A stretch of 35,282 nt of DNA from Syntrophaceae bacterium. GTDB lineage: Bacteria > Desulfobacterota > Syntrophia > Syntrophales > Smithellaceae. A program made the translations under genes and the position numbers. The notes beneath the pieces were generated by a model that had not been told where the DNA came from, searched no databases, and worked only from the letters and a program-made list of their open reading frames with translations. Within the stretch, counting starts at the first letter, position 1. Each line of letters begins with the position of its first letter. Below are positions 9,170 through 18,918 of this stretch, in pieces. The stretch spans positions 1 to 35,282 of the forward strand of contig JAFGKC010000027.1 of NCBI GenBank assembly GCA_016928765.1, read 5' to 3'.

Positions 9170-9720
9170 ATAAAAAATATTACGCTATATCTCGATTCAG
9201 ATATTCAGTTAAGCGAGTTAACTGCCAAAAATTACGACAAGGCAATGAACATAGGCTCATTAGGTTTTTACAAAGATTTTATAAAAAAGCCATTGGGAAC
9301 ATAGTAATACAATCAGACGATCAAATCTTTGATTTAGGCTGTGGAACCAGCAGAAATGCTTTTCTAATGATTCATTATCCTGGTTCAACGGGCTATATCA
9401 ATGGTTTTGATATATCTCACAATATGGAAAGACAGTTCGTTCTAAGATTAAAACAAGGCCAAAGAATTCAATTCAAGAACCAACGCATTGATATGCCTTT
9501 TAATCTACAAACCATGTATTTAGTACGAATCAGTGTAATTCATAACATGTTGAACCATTTAAACCCAAGCGGGAGTTTTCATATTCTCGATTTTGCTTAA
9601 TTTGATTTAAAAAAAATATGTTTTCTTTATCTTTTTGTCTTTGAAAAAATTGAATACAAATACGCCTTTGATTTCATCGAAAGAAACTGAAAGAAAATAT
9701 TAAAGCAGATACTAGCCACA
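9170..9720 (+). pseudogene. Degraded class I SAM-dependent methyltransferase (UbiE-like); ends approximate
   Basis: TAKNYDKAMNIGSLGFY, frameshift in the A-run near 9283-9288, then QIFDLGCGTSRN (motif I), GFDIS, HLNPSGSFHILDF; in-frame stops at 9598-9600 and 9688-9690. Confidence 0.75.
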
Positions 9721-9743
9721 ATTTTATTTGAAATGAGGCATTA

Positions 9744-10382
9744 CTAAATTTCAATAACTTTTCCCGCGCCGCCTTCAATATACTGATCAGGGTAGAGAGA
9801 TTTTATCTCCTGTTTATATTGAGTGCAGTGGGTTGAACAAATCAATCCCAGGCCATTCAACGATTCAGGTCTGTTCCCATGCAAGCCCCCTATAATTCCG
9901 TAAACCTTGCCGAATTCGGAAGCCGAGCTGATTATTTCTTCTATTGGCGGATGCGAACATCCTGCTATAATTACAATACCTCTTTTGGTTTCAACGCAAA
10001 GAGATTGCTCTATTCCCTTTAATTCTCCCGTGGAATAAATTCCATCGTAAAGTTTTTTTGATTTTTGTATTTCAATAACCTCTTTCGCGTTTTTAACTCC
10101 CCGGAAAGAACGCGGAATCCAAACTCTAACATTATTGTTCTGATCCAGAAAAGCAGACAGGCCTCCCGTATGATCAAAATGAGCGTGAGAAATAAAAACA
10201 TCTTCGATTGCTTCAGGATCAATCTCCAGTGTTTTCATGTTTGATAAAAGTATTGACCCACTCGCTCCTGTGTCAAAAAGAATTCTTTTCCCCTTAGCTT
10301 CTACCAGCGCCGAAAAACCCCAGTCAGCCTGAAGATCATTTCGGGAAACGATATTGTCGTAAATTATGGTGGCTTTCATCAT
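9744..10382 (-). CDS. MBL-fold metallo-hydrolase (COG1237 family)
   Basis: WGFSAL, LFDTG, SHAHFDHTGG, GCSHP, GGLH, HCT motifs. Confidence 0.9.
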   Translation of the reverse strand: MMKATIIYDNIVSRNDLQADWGFSALVEAKGKRILFDTGASGSILLSNMKTLEIDPEAIEDVFISHAHFDHTGGLSAFLDQNNNVRVWIPRSFRGVKNAKEVIEIQKSKKLYDGIYSTGELKGIEQSLCVETKRGIVIIAGCSHPPIEEIISSASEFGKVYGIIGGLHGNRPESLNGLGLICSTHCTQYKQEIKSLYPDQYIEGGAGKVIEI

Positions 10383-10507
10383 ATCTTTCCTTTCATGAAT
10401 TTGTCATAATTATTTCAATCTCCTGACATGTATTATTATCCTTTAAACAATTTATGCTTTGTTTATAAATTTAATAAAAAATATTAATATAATAAACAAC
10501 TTAATTA

Positions 10508-10536
10508 ATGATAAGGAAACGTCCATGAGGTGTCAA
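10508..10536 (-). promoter_or_regulatory. sigma70-type promoter upstream of the MBL hydrolase
   Basis: TTGACA-N17-TATCAT on the minus strand. Confidence 0.7.
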
Positions 10537-10577
10537 GGCAATAAACTTGTGCGCGGAAAATGACACGTAATTTCAAA
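10530..10577 (+). repeat. Imperfect ~48-bp direct repeat, copy 2
   Basis: Matches 4405-4452. Confidence 0.85.
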
Positions 10578-10721
10578 AGAATAGGCTAAAAAAGATTAGC
10601 AAATATCGTTTGACAAAATAAAGGCAAAGTTGTTTTATATTTCCGCCCGATAAACTGCGGAATTTCAAATAGTTCCGGCATAATAAATTGAAATTTTGTA
10701 AGCATTTTAGCTTGGTGCGTT

Positions 10722-11168
10722 ATGCAGGTTAATTCACAAACTACCCCTTCAAAAATAAGAAGCAGTATGCTTTGGGGTATTCTCTTTGTGCTCATTATCT
10801 TAAACGCGTGCACATTAAAAAAGATTGTCCCCTTGCCTGCCGCTCCCCCGGAAGGCGTCTGGACTTATCCGGGCGGCGGCGCGGAACCGATGTCGATAAT
10901 TTTCAATGCGGATGGAACTTTAACATTTGCCGGCGGTTTTTTAAAATTCAACCCGTCAAACTGGCAATACGACAAAAAAACACATAAATTGCAGGTAAAA
11001 GTCCCCGGCAACGAAACATTCGAAACATATTGTGGCGACGATTATGATGAAGAATATTCCTGCCTGCACTTCAACAACATCACCGATACCTTCGAATGCA
11101 AGCTTACCGAAAAAACTAAAAGCATCAACTTTCTGGGATGGAGTTATTTGCGACAGCAAAAAAAATAA
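10722..11168 (+). CDS. Hypothetical lipoprotein (start may be 10767)
   Basis: Hydrophobic stretch followed by lipobox LNAC. Confidence 0.6.
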   Translation: MQVNSQTTPSKIRSSMLWGILFVLIILNACTLKKIVPLPAAPPEGVWTYPGGGAEPMSIIFNADGTLTFAGGFLKFNPSNWQYDKKTHKLQVKVPGNETFETYCGDDYDEEYSCLHFNNITDTFECKLTEKTKSINFLGWSYLRQQKK

Positions 11169-11248
11169 GCCGTCCCGAATAGGTATTTTATAAAAATAGT
11201 AATTTTAACCCATCAAATGCTAAGTCTTCATATAAGGAGGCAATTTTT

Positions 11249-11830
11249 ATGAATATGAAATACAAGAAAATAATCGTCGCGGCATTCATCATTATGGGAT
11301 TATTAATTTTTCTAATAACAGGTTACGCGGAAGATCCGAGGCCAAATCCGGGAATGCCCACACCTTCCACAGGTCTTCCAAAAATAAAAGTGCCTTCCCT
11401 ACCCGAGAAACCTGATCTTTTGATACGCATAAGCGGCTCGGGCTTAGGAGGAGCAAATGATCTTTACCCTGATAATCCCGGCATGGGGCCTTCAGCATTC
11501 AGAGTAAGCGGACAGGTTCTGAACGCCAAAAGAGCCGCTGTCCGCGGATGCGAAGTCAATATACTTCTTTCAGCAGACAGAAAAGTATCGCCTGACGACA
11601 GATTGCTAGACAGAATTTTAATTACTGAAACCATTCCGCCTTTTGACGGCGCGAGGTTTGGCTCCGCCACCCTACCCAGAAAAGACTACGGCATTGCCGG
11701 TATTCCGGCAGGCACATACTTTATTTGCGCTAAAGTTGACACTGCAAACAGAATACCCGAAACTAATGAAAACAATAATGAAGATTGCGTCCCGGAGGCA
11801 ATACGCATACACCCGGCAGGATCAAAATAA
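11249..11830 (+). CDS. Secreted protein with a CARDB-like domain
   Basis: Signal peptide, Pro-rich linker, KPDL...AGTYFICAKVDTANRIPETNENNN; AGGAGG RBS. Confidence 0.7.
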   Translation: MNMKYKKIIVAAFIIMGLLIFLITGYAEDPRPNPGMPTPSTGLPKIKVPSLPEKPDLLIRISGSGLGGANDLYPDNPGMGPSAFRVSGQVLNAKRAAVRGCEVNILLSADRKVSPDDRLLDRILITETIPPFDGARFGSATLPRKDYGIAGIPAGTYFICAKVDTANRIPETNENNNEDCVPEAIRIHPAGSK

Positions 11831-12002
11831 TAAGAAGTTTTGCAGTCCAATATAAATTGACATAAATACCTAGATTTTTAGGAGTGGGATTTTTTGCGGA
11901 AGTAAATTTAGCTACAAGCAATTTCATCCATAATCTCTTGTTTAATGCTTTTAAAAGAATATAGTTTTATAGTTAATGATTTAGAAAAGAATAAGATTTA
12001 AA

Positions 12003-12712
12003 ATGTCAAAAAGAATTGTACGTAAAACACAAAACAAAAGTGCGAGTACTATTTTCTTAGCATGTAATTTCACTAACAAACGTGTCAAGAAACATTTTGA
12101 CGGTTTAAAGAAAAAGTTAGAAGAGTTTCTTCCAGTCCGTATATATATTAGCGATCAAGTTCAGGGCGAGGGCGCACGAGATTTATGGAAAGATATTACT
12201 CAAGAAAGTCTTCTCTAGTAATCTGCGACGTAACGTCTTTCCGGCCAAACGTGATTCTTGAGCTTGGGTTTGCATTAGCAAATAAGAAAGCCAAAGAAAT
12301 ATTAATATGCCGCGATCTAACTCCAGATGGGAAAAAAAGAGTAAGACAGAGATGGTTGTTAAGTGACATTTCTCATCTTCATAGAATTGAATATAAAACA
12401 TTTAATATACTCGATGAACATATTCTTAAATATGTTATGGCAATGAGACCTATTAAAAACTTTAATCGCTTTATTGCTTTCATGAAACGGCAAAAAAAAT
12501 TATCTGAAAAAGCATACATTACCGAAGCACTCGAAGTACTGAGAGAGATTCGCGATAGTGGGCCGATTCCACGTCGAGAATTTAAATCGCGCCTTGATAA
12601 TCGAGATGTTGATGCTAAAATTCTCGGAAATCTTTTAAAACGTTTTGAATTAGCCAGACCAGAACCAAGTAAAGATGGTTGTTGGTGGCTATTTGACAAT
12701 ATAACGGGCTAA
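12003..12712 (+). pseudogene. Frameshifted nucleoside 2-deoxyribosyltransferase-like/TIR-like fold protein with a probable winged-helix C-terminus
   Basis: ORF 12003..12218 (IFLAC...DLWKDITQ) and ORF 12185..12712 (KSSLVICDVTSFRPNVILELGFALA) join into one domain across a frameshift near 12200-12207. Confidence 0.6.
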
Positions 12713-12784
12713 ATTTATCTTTATTAATTTGACGTAAATATTCTGTTTTTTTGCTTTAAAATTTAAATTATTAAGGAGGCAAAC

Positions 12785-13330
12785 ATGCGCATAATAAAAA
12801 TTATTTTAGTTGTTTTTATGTTCTTAGTATTATCAATCTACGCAGTGGCGGATGTTCAGCAACCGCCTGCCCCGGCAAGCAATGCCGCTACGGATTTCAC
12901 TCTCCCTGATCAGGACGGAAAATTATGGACGCTTAGCGAAGTTTTGAAAAATTACCGCGGTGTAGTGCTTGCCTTTTATCCCAAAGACGATACAGGCCTC
13001 TGAATTAAAGAATTTGTTGAGTTTCAACAAAACATCAAAAAGTACGAAGAACGCAATATCAAAATTCTGGGCTTAAGCCGAGATTCGGCCGAATCGCATC
13101 GCAACTTTATCGCCAAACACAAGCTCAATGACCTGACGCTTTTGGTGGATGAAAAAGGCAAAATCGCCAAGCTCTATGACGCCGACCACTGGCTTTTGCC
13201 GCTTTCCAAGCGTGTTTACATAATTATTGATAAAAAAATGAATATCATTTACAGAAAGGATATGGGCTTTGGCCTTCTGGAAAATCAGACGGAAACGCTG
13301 ATTGGCGAAATCGAGCGTAACATAAAATAA
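12785..13330 (+). CDS. Exported BCP/PrxQ-like peroxiredoxin (AhpC-TSA family) with predicted Sec73 (181 aa)
   Basis: DFTLPDQDG...FYPKDDTGL-U(TGA 13001-13003)-IKE...LGLSRDSAESHRNF, continuing in frame into ORF 13142..13330; signal peptide; AAGGAGG RBS. Confidence 0.88.
13013..13031 (+). promoter_or_regulatory. SECIS-like hairpin of the BCP-like gene
   Basis: TTTGTTGA-GTT-TCAACAAA starting 9 nt after the TGA; loop G at +18. Confidence 0.75.
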
Positions 13331-13417
13331 AAGCTCAAAAAACGCATTACTTTTAGCAATTTAATTTCGATAAAGTATATTTAACATTATCATAATGCAG
13401 TTATTGGAGATTTTACT

Positions 13418-13957
13418 ATGCGATTCAAATTGATATCTATAATTGTTTTCTTGATAATCACCGTTATCTTTTCCGGTTGCACTCGTAACTACGTCGTCAA
13501 ACCTTTTAACATCGAACCAGCGCTAGTTCCAAAATTTCAAGCTAACGGTTCGATTAATCTAATTAATGCCCAAATCCCGGGCACGCAGAAAGTATTTCGC
13601 TCCGGTCCGGCTATTAACTGGGTTGGCGATTTATACGAGTGGACCGGCCAGGCAATTGAGCTGCTTGCCTCTGAACTCGAACAAAGAAAAATGAAAGTTT
13701 CCCCCGACTCTGCAAAAACTTTGAAATTATCGGTTACTGAGGGAAAACTTTTGAGAGAGGCGACCGGGGTACGCTGTGTAATTACACTTAAAGTTATCGC
13801 CGGCAACGGCTATTCTAAAGAATTCATTGGAGAAAATATCCACCGCGCCTCGCCGTTTGGTGAAATGGCAAGATACTACGCTGGTGCTAACGCTCTAACC
13901 GAAGCTGTGATTGCCATACTTAATGATAAAGAATTGATACGCTATTTTGAAGAATAG
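13418..13957 (+). CDS. Hypothetical lipoprotein
   Basis: Signal peptide with lipobox FSGC; GGAG RBS. Confidence 0.7.
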   Translation: MRFKLISIIVFLIITVIFSGCTRNYVVKPFNIEPALVPKFQANGSINLINAQIPGTQKVFRSGPAINWVGDLYEWTGQAIELLASELEQRKMKVSPDSAKTLKLSVTEGKLLREATGVRCVITLKVIAGNGYSKEFIGENIHRASPFGEMARYYAGANALTEAVIAILNDKELIRYFEE

Positions 13958-13958
13958 A

Positions 13959-15377
13959 ATGCAACCGGAACAAAACCGTATCGTATATCTTGATAATATC
14001 AGAAACGTCCTTGTCTTCAAGGTTGTTGTGTACCACGCCATTTTGGCGTTTGCTTATCCTATACTCTTCTGGTGGGCAACGGTAGATAAAGAAGGCTCGG
14101 CCAGGATTTTTGAAACAGCCGTCCGGGTGATGTATATTTACATGATGCCCTGCGTGATCTTTATTGCCGCGCTGTTTATCTTCCCCTCCCTGAAGCAAGT
14201 CGGCGTATTACAATACATCAAAAAAAGATTTCTACGGCTCTATGTGCCGGTAATAGTTTTTGTGTTTTGCATGGGTGATATTTTCCCGTATCTCATGTCC
14301 AGGAAAATGGGCAATTTAAGCCTTACCTATCTGGATACATTCATCGGTTTCTGGCGCTCCTTCATAGACATCCCTCTGATATTTATGACCGATCCGGACA
14401 TCATGATCAATAAAATACACTTTGATTTTTATCACACCTGGTTTTTAACCCTGCTTTTCTTTGTAACAATTATAGTTGTCCTGCTGTATCTGCCATTTAT
14501 AAAAAAATCCGTTAAACCCGCCATGCCGGAGAGCCGGAAAAATATTATCACTGAAACAATTCTTTTTGCTTTGACGCTGAGCATCATTTACGTGATTGTT
14601 TCCTGGATTTACGTTCTGAATGGCATTCTTCTTAACGGATGGACCATGGTGGGCAAGGCAGTGTTTTTTGAAAACATTCAGATCTGGATGCTTATCCCTT
14701 TTTTCGTATTTGGATTATACGTCTATAAAAAAGAATGGCATACTCGCAGCGATATCGGCAGCTGGAAAATGTGGGGTACGCTTACACTTATCTTTCTTGG
14801 ATTATACATAATTTTGATACACTTTGTTTATCTGCCCGGAGTCGAGGGAATGTATAAAATCGTTGAACACAATACTCTGTTTGACGATAAACTGGCTTTA
14901 CCGGATTTTGATACTTATTTATTGATCGGAACCTTACTTATGTGGTTTGTATCACCTTTAAGCTGTGTGTTTATCCTGATGTTTTTGCTTTCTTTTGCCA
15001 AAAGATTTTTTAATAGACCGAACGCTATAACAGCGTTTTGTTCGAAGCATTCCATCAACGTCTACATTCTGCATTACATTCCTGTGCTTCTTTTTCAATA
15101 CGCCCTGCTGGATGTGCCCATCGCATCTATATTTAAAATAATCCTGATGATGATAATCATCATCCCCGCGTGCCTGTGGCTGAGCCATCGCTTGGTTTAT
15201 CCTTACCCCAAAACTGCTATTTTGTTTTTTGTCGCGCTGAAGCTGGCGGCGCTGGCCGCAGGGTTTGAATTTTATTATTGGGCAATACTTGCTATTATTT
15301 TTATTTCCTTCGCCGCCGCTCTTTACGAATTTACAAAATTCATGATTTCCCGCAATGCCATACAGAATACTGCATGA
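13959..15377 (+). CDS. Acyltransferase-3 family membrane protein (OpgC/MdoC-like)
   Basis: RIVYLDNIR...YH, KKRFLRLYVP, HTWFL, YILH, more than ten TM segments; ATG 13959 directly after the upstream stop. Confidence 0.85.
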   Translation: MQPEQNRIVYLDNIRNVLVFKVVVYHAILAFAYPILFWWATVDKEGSARIFETAVRVMYIYMMPCVIFIAALFIFPSLKQVGVLQYIKKRFLRLYVPVIVFVFCMGDIFPYLMSRKMGNLSLTYLDTFIGFWRSFIDIPLIFMTDPDIMINKIHFDFYHTWFLTLLFFVTIIVVLLYLPFIKKSVKPAMPESRKNIITETILFALTLSIIYVIVSWIYVLNGILLNGWTMVGKAVFFENIQIWMLIPFFVFGLYVYKKEWHTRSDIGSWKMWGTLTLIFLGLYIILIHFVYLPGVEGMYKIVEHNTLFDDKLALPDFDTYLLIGTLLMWFVSPLSCVFILMFLLSFAKRFFNRPNAITAFCSKHSINVYILHYIPVLLFQYALLDVPIASIFKIILMMIIIIPACLWLSHRLVYPYPKTAILFFVALKLAALAAGFEFYYWAILAIIFISFAAALYEFTKFMISRNAIQNTA

Positions 15378-15472
15378 CATCAAAAAATATTAACCGCGTT
15401 TTTTGATGAATTATAGAGTCACATCCGGCCAGTAAGCAGGCAGACCGCACATCAAAAAATTTAAAGTGAAAT

Positions 15473-17440
15473 TTACAGCTTTTGTTTTTTGGGCGGCGGC
15501 GCCATGACCACGCGGTTGCGGCCGGTGCGCTTAGCCTCGTAAAGCGCTTTATCCGCCGCTTCCATGAGACTTTCTTTATCTTTAGCAGATTTTGGAAACC
15601 ATCCGGCCACGCCAATGCTTATGCGCAAATTAATACGCTGTTTCCGATGCGTAAAAACAATTTTTTCTACAGCTTCCCGAATGCGCTCGGCGACAATAAG
15701 CGCGCTTTCGCTGGAAGTTGAAGGCAAAACAATGGCAAATTCCTCACCACCGATACGGGCAACTAAATCACCGGTTCTCATTAACTTCTGCCGCAATGTT
15801 TCCGCGATCAGGCAGAGGCATTCATCACCCACCAGATGACCGTAGGTATCGTTAATCTTTTTAAAATGATCTATGTCCGCCATTAACACAGACACGGCCT
15901 GCTCTGTTTTGACGGCGCGATTGATTTCGTTTCCCATAACTTCATCAAAATACCGGCGGTTGTAAAGCCTGGTTAAGGGATCAGTAATGCTTAGGTGCGA
16001 AAGCTCCTTATTAGCCTCTTCCAAATTTTTCATAACATGTTCGAGCTCTTTTGTCCGCTCGGCAACCTGCCCTTGAAGCTCTTCCGTCGCCTTGCGCTGA
16101 ACCTTCAGTACTTCTTCCTGCAGTGATAATTTTTCTTCGTTTTGCTGTACTATTTTTTTACTTAATTCCAGAGATTCTCTCTGCGTCGCTTCTCTTTCCT
16201 TCCGCTCTCTGTTTATCCTGTCGGCCAGCGCCCAAGAAAGAAGAACGAATTGCAGGACGAAACCGATCATTTGCCCGTATTGGGTGAGAAAATTCTGTTC
16301 AATAACACCCATAAGGCCCAGCATGAGGATAATCGTGCCCGCGCTCAGGAAAAAATACGCGATCGTATAATACTTGGCCTGAACATTCCCTTTAAACCAT
16401 AAATAAATACAAGTGACCGTTCCCGCGATCGGAGCTAAAAGCGCCATTAACTGCAACATGCTTAAAAACGGCTTGTTAAACATAAAGAGAAGCAAAATAG
16501 TTGACGGAATCCAATAGGCAAGAAAAATATTATTTAACACAAGAACCCAGCCGCCGTATTGGCGAAGAGACAAAAAGACGCGGATAAAAATTGTCGCGGT
16601 CAAAAAACTCAGCGTGGCAAACAGCATGTAAGCATTTTGCTTCAACCACAGGGAATTACCCCAAAAATAATATCCGCCTATCCCCGTGCCTGCCAATTCA
16701 TACAAAACAACGGCAAAAATATAGGCGGAATAAAAGAAGTAGTTTTTGTCTCTGGTAAAGACATAGAGAGACAGATTGTAAAAAAACATTATAATCAGAA
16801 TTCCAAGAAATAACCCCAGCCACAAGCTTCTTTTCTGATCATGCGCGCGGAAGACGTCTTCCTGCCAAAGCCCCACTGTTATATACATGCCAGCCACAGA
16901 TTCCACGCGCATATAGACAGTATGGCGATCACCGGCGGGCAGAAAAAAAGGAAACAATAACACGTGGTGCTTGGCCGCGCGTTCATCCGGCCTCAGTAAG
17001 TGCCCCAACTGGCCTTCTAAAGACCAGCGGCCTGTTTTCTGATTATAAAAATAGACATCGGCGCGATCAAGGAGATTCTGTCCTATTTCCATTATCCAAT
17101 GTTCACTATCTGATACTTTGTTCACGATATCGAACTTGACCCAAACCGGCTGGTGAAAGTCGCCAAAACCAAAACTATTTTTGCTCATGGGCAGCCAAAG
17201 AGATTTCATATCCTCGCCGGCTACCTGAAGGTGACTCATGGGAGTATCCTCAGTAAGATATTCTATTTTGTCTATGTTCTGATAAACTTTGTCGTCGGTA
17301 AGATAAAATATTTGGTTTTCTGCTTTAGCAATCGCAGGATAAAGAATAAATGCGATTACTAAGAGTAAAAAAAAGAGATGATGCTTTTCCCCGGGGGGGC
17401 GAGGATGAGTTTTTTGTCTGTTGCCGCCAAAAAGATACAT
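15473..17440 (-). CDS. 7TM-DISM sensor diguanylate cyclase
   Basis: Periplasmic DISM-like domain, seven TM helices, coiled coil, DPLTRLYNRR, DIDHFKKINDTYGH, RTGD I-site, GGEEF. Confidence 0.93.
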   Translation of the reverse strand: MYLFGGNRQKTHPRPPGEKHHLFFLLLVIAFILYPAIAKAENQIFYLTDDKVYQNIDKIEYLTEDTPMSHLQVAGEDMKSLWLPMSKNSFGFGDFHQPVWVKFDIVNKVSDSEHWIMEIGQNLLDRADVYFYNQKTGRWSLEGQLGHLLRPDERAAKHHVLLFPFFLPAGDRHTVYMRVESVAGMYITVGLWQEDVFRAHDQKRSLWLGLFLGILIIMFFYNLSLYVFTRDKNYFFYSAYIFAVVLYELAGTGIGGYYFWGNSLWLKQNAYMLFATLSFLTATIFIRVFLSLRQYGGWVLVLNNIFLAYWIPSTILLLFMFNKPFLSMLQLMALLAPIAGTVTCIYLWFKGNVQAKYYTIAYFFLSAGTIILMLGLMGVIEQNFLTQYGQMIGFVLQFVLLSWALADRINRERKEREATQRESLELSKKIVQQNEEKLSLQEEVLKVQRKATEELQGQVAERTKELEHVMKNLEEANKELSHLSITDPLTRLYNRRYFDEVMGNEINRAVKTEQAVSVLMADIDHFKKINDTYGHLVGDECLCLIAETLRQKLMRTGDLVARIGGEEFAIVLPSTSSESALIVAERIREAVEKIVFTHRKQRINLRISIGVAGWFPKSAKDKESLMEAADKALYEAKRTGRNRVVMAPPPKKQKL

Positions 17441-17561
17441 GCTTTACAATCCTTTTAGTTACGCACAACAAGAACGCTAACAAATATTCACTTATTTATT
17501 TTTCAGTTTATAAAACTTAGTTGCGCTAAATCTGTTAAATTACTGTTTTTTTTAATTAGAG

Positions 17562-17603
17562 TATATTAAGATAAAATTTACGTCAAGATAATATCTTAAT
17601 ATA
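17562..17603. promoter_or_regulatory. 12-bp perfect inverted repeat upstream of the diguanylate cyclase (candidate operator)
   Basis: TATATTAAGATA-N18-TATCTTAATATA; the spacer contains TTGACG on the minus strand. Confidence 0.45.
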
Positions 17604-17712
17604 TTTAAGGATACTGGAAGCCTGCATGAACGAACTTCAACCTTTATTACACAATTTTTACTAATCTTCTGCGGTAAAAGACGATTTTTTCTGCCGACAG
17701 CCGAGACACAGA

Positions 17713-18543
17713 TTAAAAGCGATAAACAGTCTTTAACTGCAGGAAATGCCCTTTTGGCGAGTTTTCCGCGTATGCATCGTAAAGATACGTCAGTGTTACA
17801 CTAAACCACGAAAAACGATAATAAAAATCGGCGCCTATGGAAAGCTTTTCTCTGGCGCTGCCACTAACTCTAGAGCCGTCTTGTTGCTTATCTTTGCTAA
17901 TCATCCAGTTGACCGAAGGGCCTAATTTAAATTTGTCCGTCACACTATATCCTAAAAGCGCCTGCAGGTGAAGTTCGTCTCCCGGTAAAACATCGGTGGC
18001 ATTATTTTCTAACCGGAAATAATATTTCACGGCGGCATCAATGCTGAAACTGCCCATTGTCTTGTGAATAAAAACCATGGGCGCAATGTCGTACTGATTT
18101 GAGCCAATATTGGCGGCTTTTGACAAACTGTATTCTCCCGTGGGAAATTTTACAAAGAGCATGGGAAGGATATCAACCTGCTTTACAGGAAGAAAATAAC
18201 CGGCGCCAAGACTGATATCCCCCAAGCCGGAAGAGTCTTGATCCAGCGAACTGATTTTTGTGTAACCAAAAGGAACAACAACGGTCGCGACAAAATCAGG
18301 AGAATAATAACAAAGCCGCAGTATTTCCTGCGCGCTGAAAAGACCAAAGTCTTTGTTTGCTGATTGCCCGCTTTTGTTTGTTGTCTCGTCCGCATAATAA
18401 GCATAGGTATAGGTAAGAAAATAAAACCCCTGCTTAGCGCGCGAGCCATCATAAAAATTTATCGCAAAGGCGTTGCGCGGAAGCAGAACAAACAAAAACA
18501 GCGCAACAGCAAATCGAATATAGCGATGTGACAGCGATGTCAT
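17713..18543 (-). CDS. Outer-membrane beta-barrel transporter (Phenol_MetA_deg/SphA family)
   Basis: Signal peptide, SGLGDI, FPTGEY...NIGSN, PGDELH, C-terminal YRF. Confidence 0.8.
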   Translation of the reverse strand: MTSLSHRYIRFAVALFLFVLLPRNAFAINFYDGSRAKQGFYFLTYTYAYYADETTNKSGQSANKDFGLFSAQEILRLCYYSPDFVATVVVPFGYTKISSLDQDSSGLGDISLGAGYFLPVKQVDILPMLFVKFPTGEYSLSKAANIGSNQYDIAPMVFIHKTMGSFSIDAAVKYYFRLENNATDVLPGDELHLQALLGYSVTDKFKLGPSVNWMISKDKQQDGSRVSGSAREKLSIGADFYYRFSWFSVTLTYLYDAYAENSPKGHFLQLKTVYRF

Positions 18544-18918
18544 ATTACAACTCTCTCGTAAATTTTATGCTACGCTCATACAATAATTTTGCTTGCCTGT
18601 AAAGAAAATAATTAATGTTTCTGTAATGCTATTTTAGATATTTTATCTGTTTCTTTGCAAATCAGGAAAACTTTATCGCTGATGAACAAAAGAGACTGTT
18701 GTTAATAATAAAAATATTCTTCACACGCAAAAAATTCATTACCACTCTTTTTCATGTTTGAATTATGTCAATGAATTTATTTTGAAATAAATGATTATTT
18801 TACTTGAATTATATAAAATTATTTTGTTATACTACATACGGTTAATAAAATAATTTCGCCCCGACAACCGGAAACGAAAAACAAATCTCATTCTACTGGG
18901 CGGCAAGGCGGAAATTTC

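Noticed and set aside
9688-9690. In-frame TGA in the methyltransferase remnant as Sec
   Set aside because: It lies after a TAA in a multiply damaged frame, has no hairpin, and looks like a TGG to TGA change.
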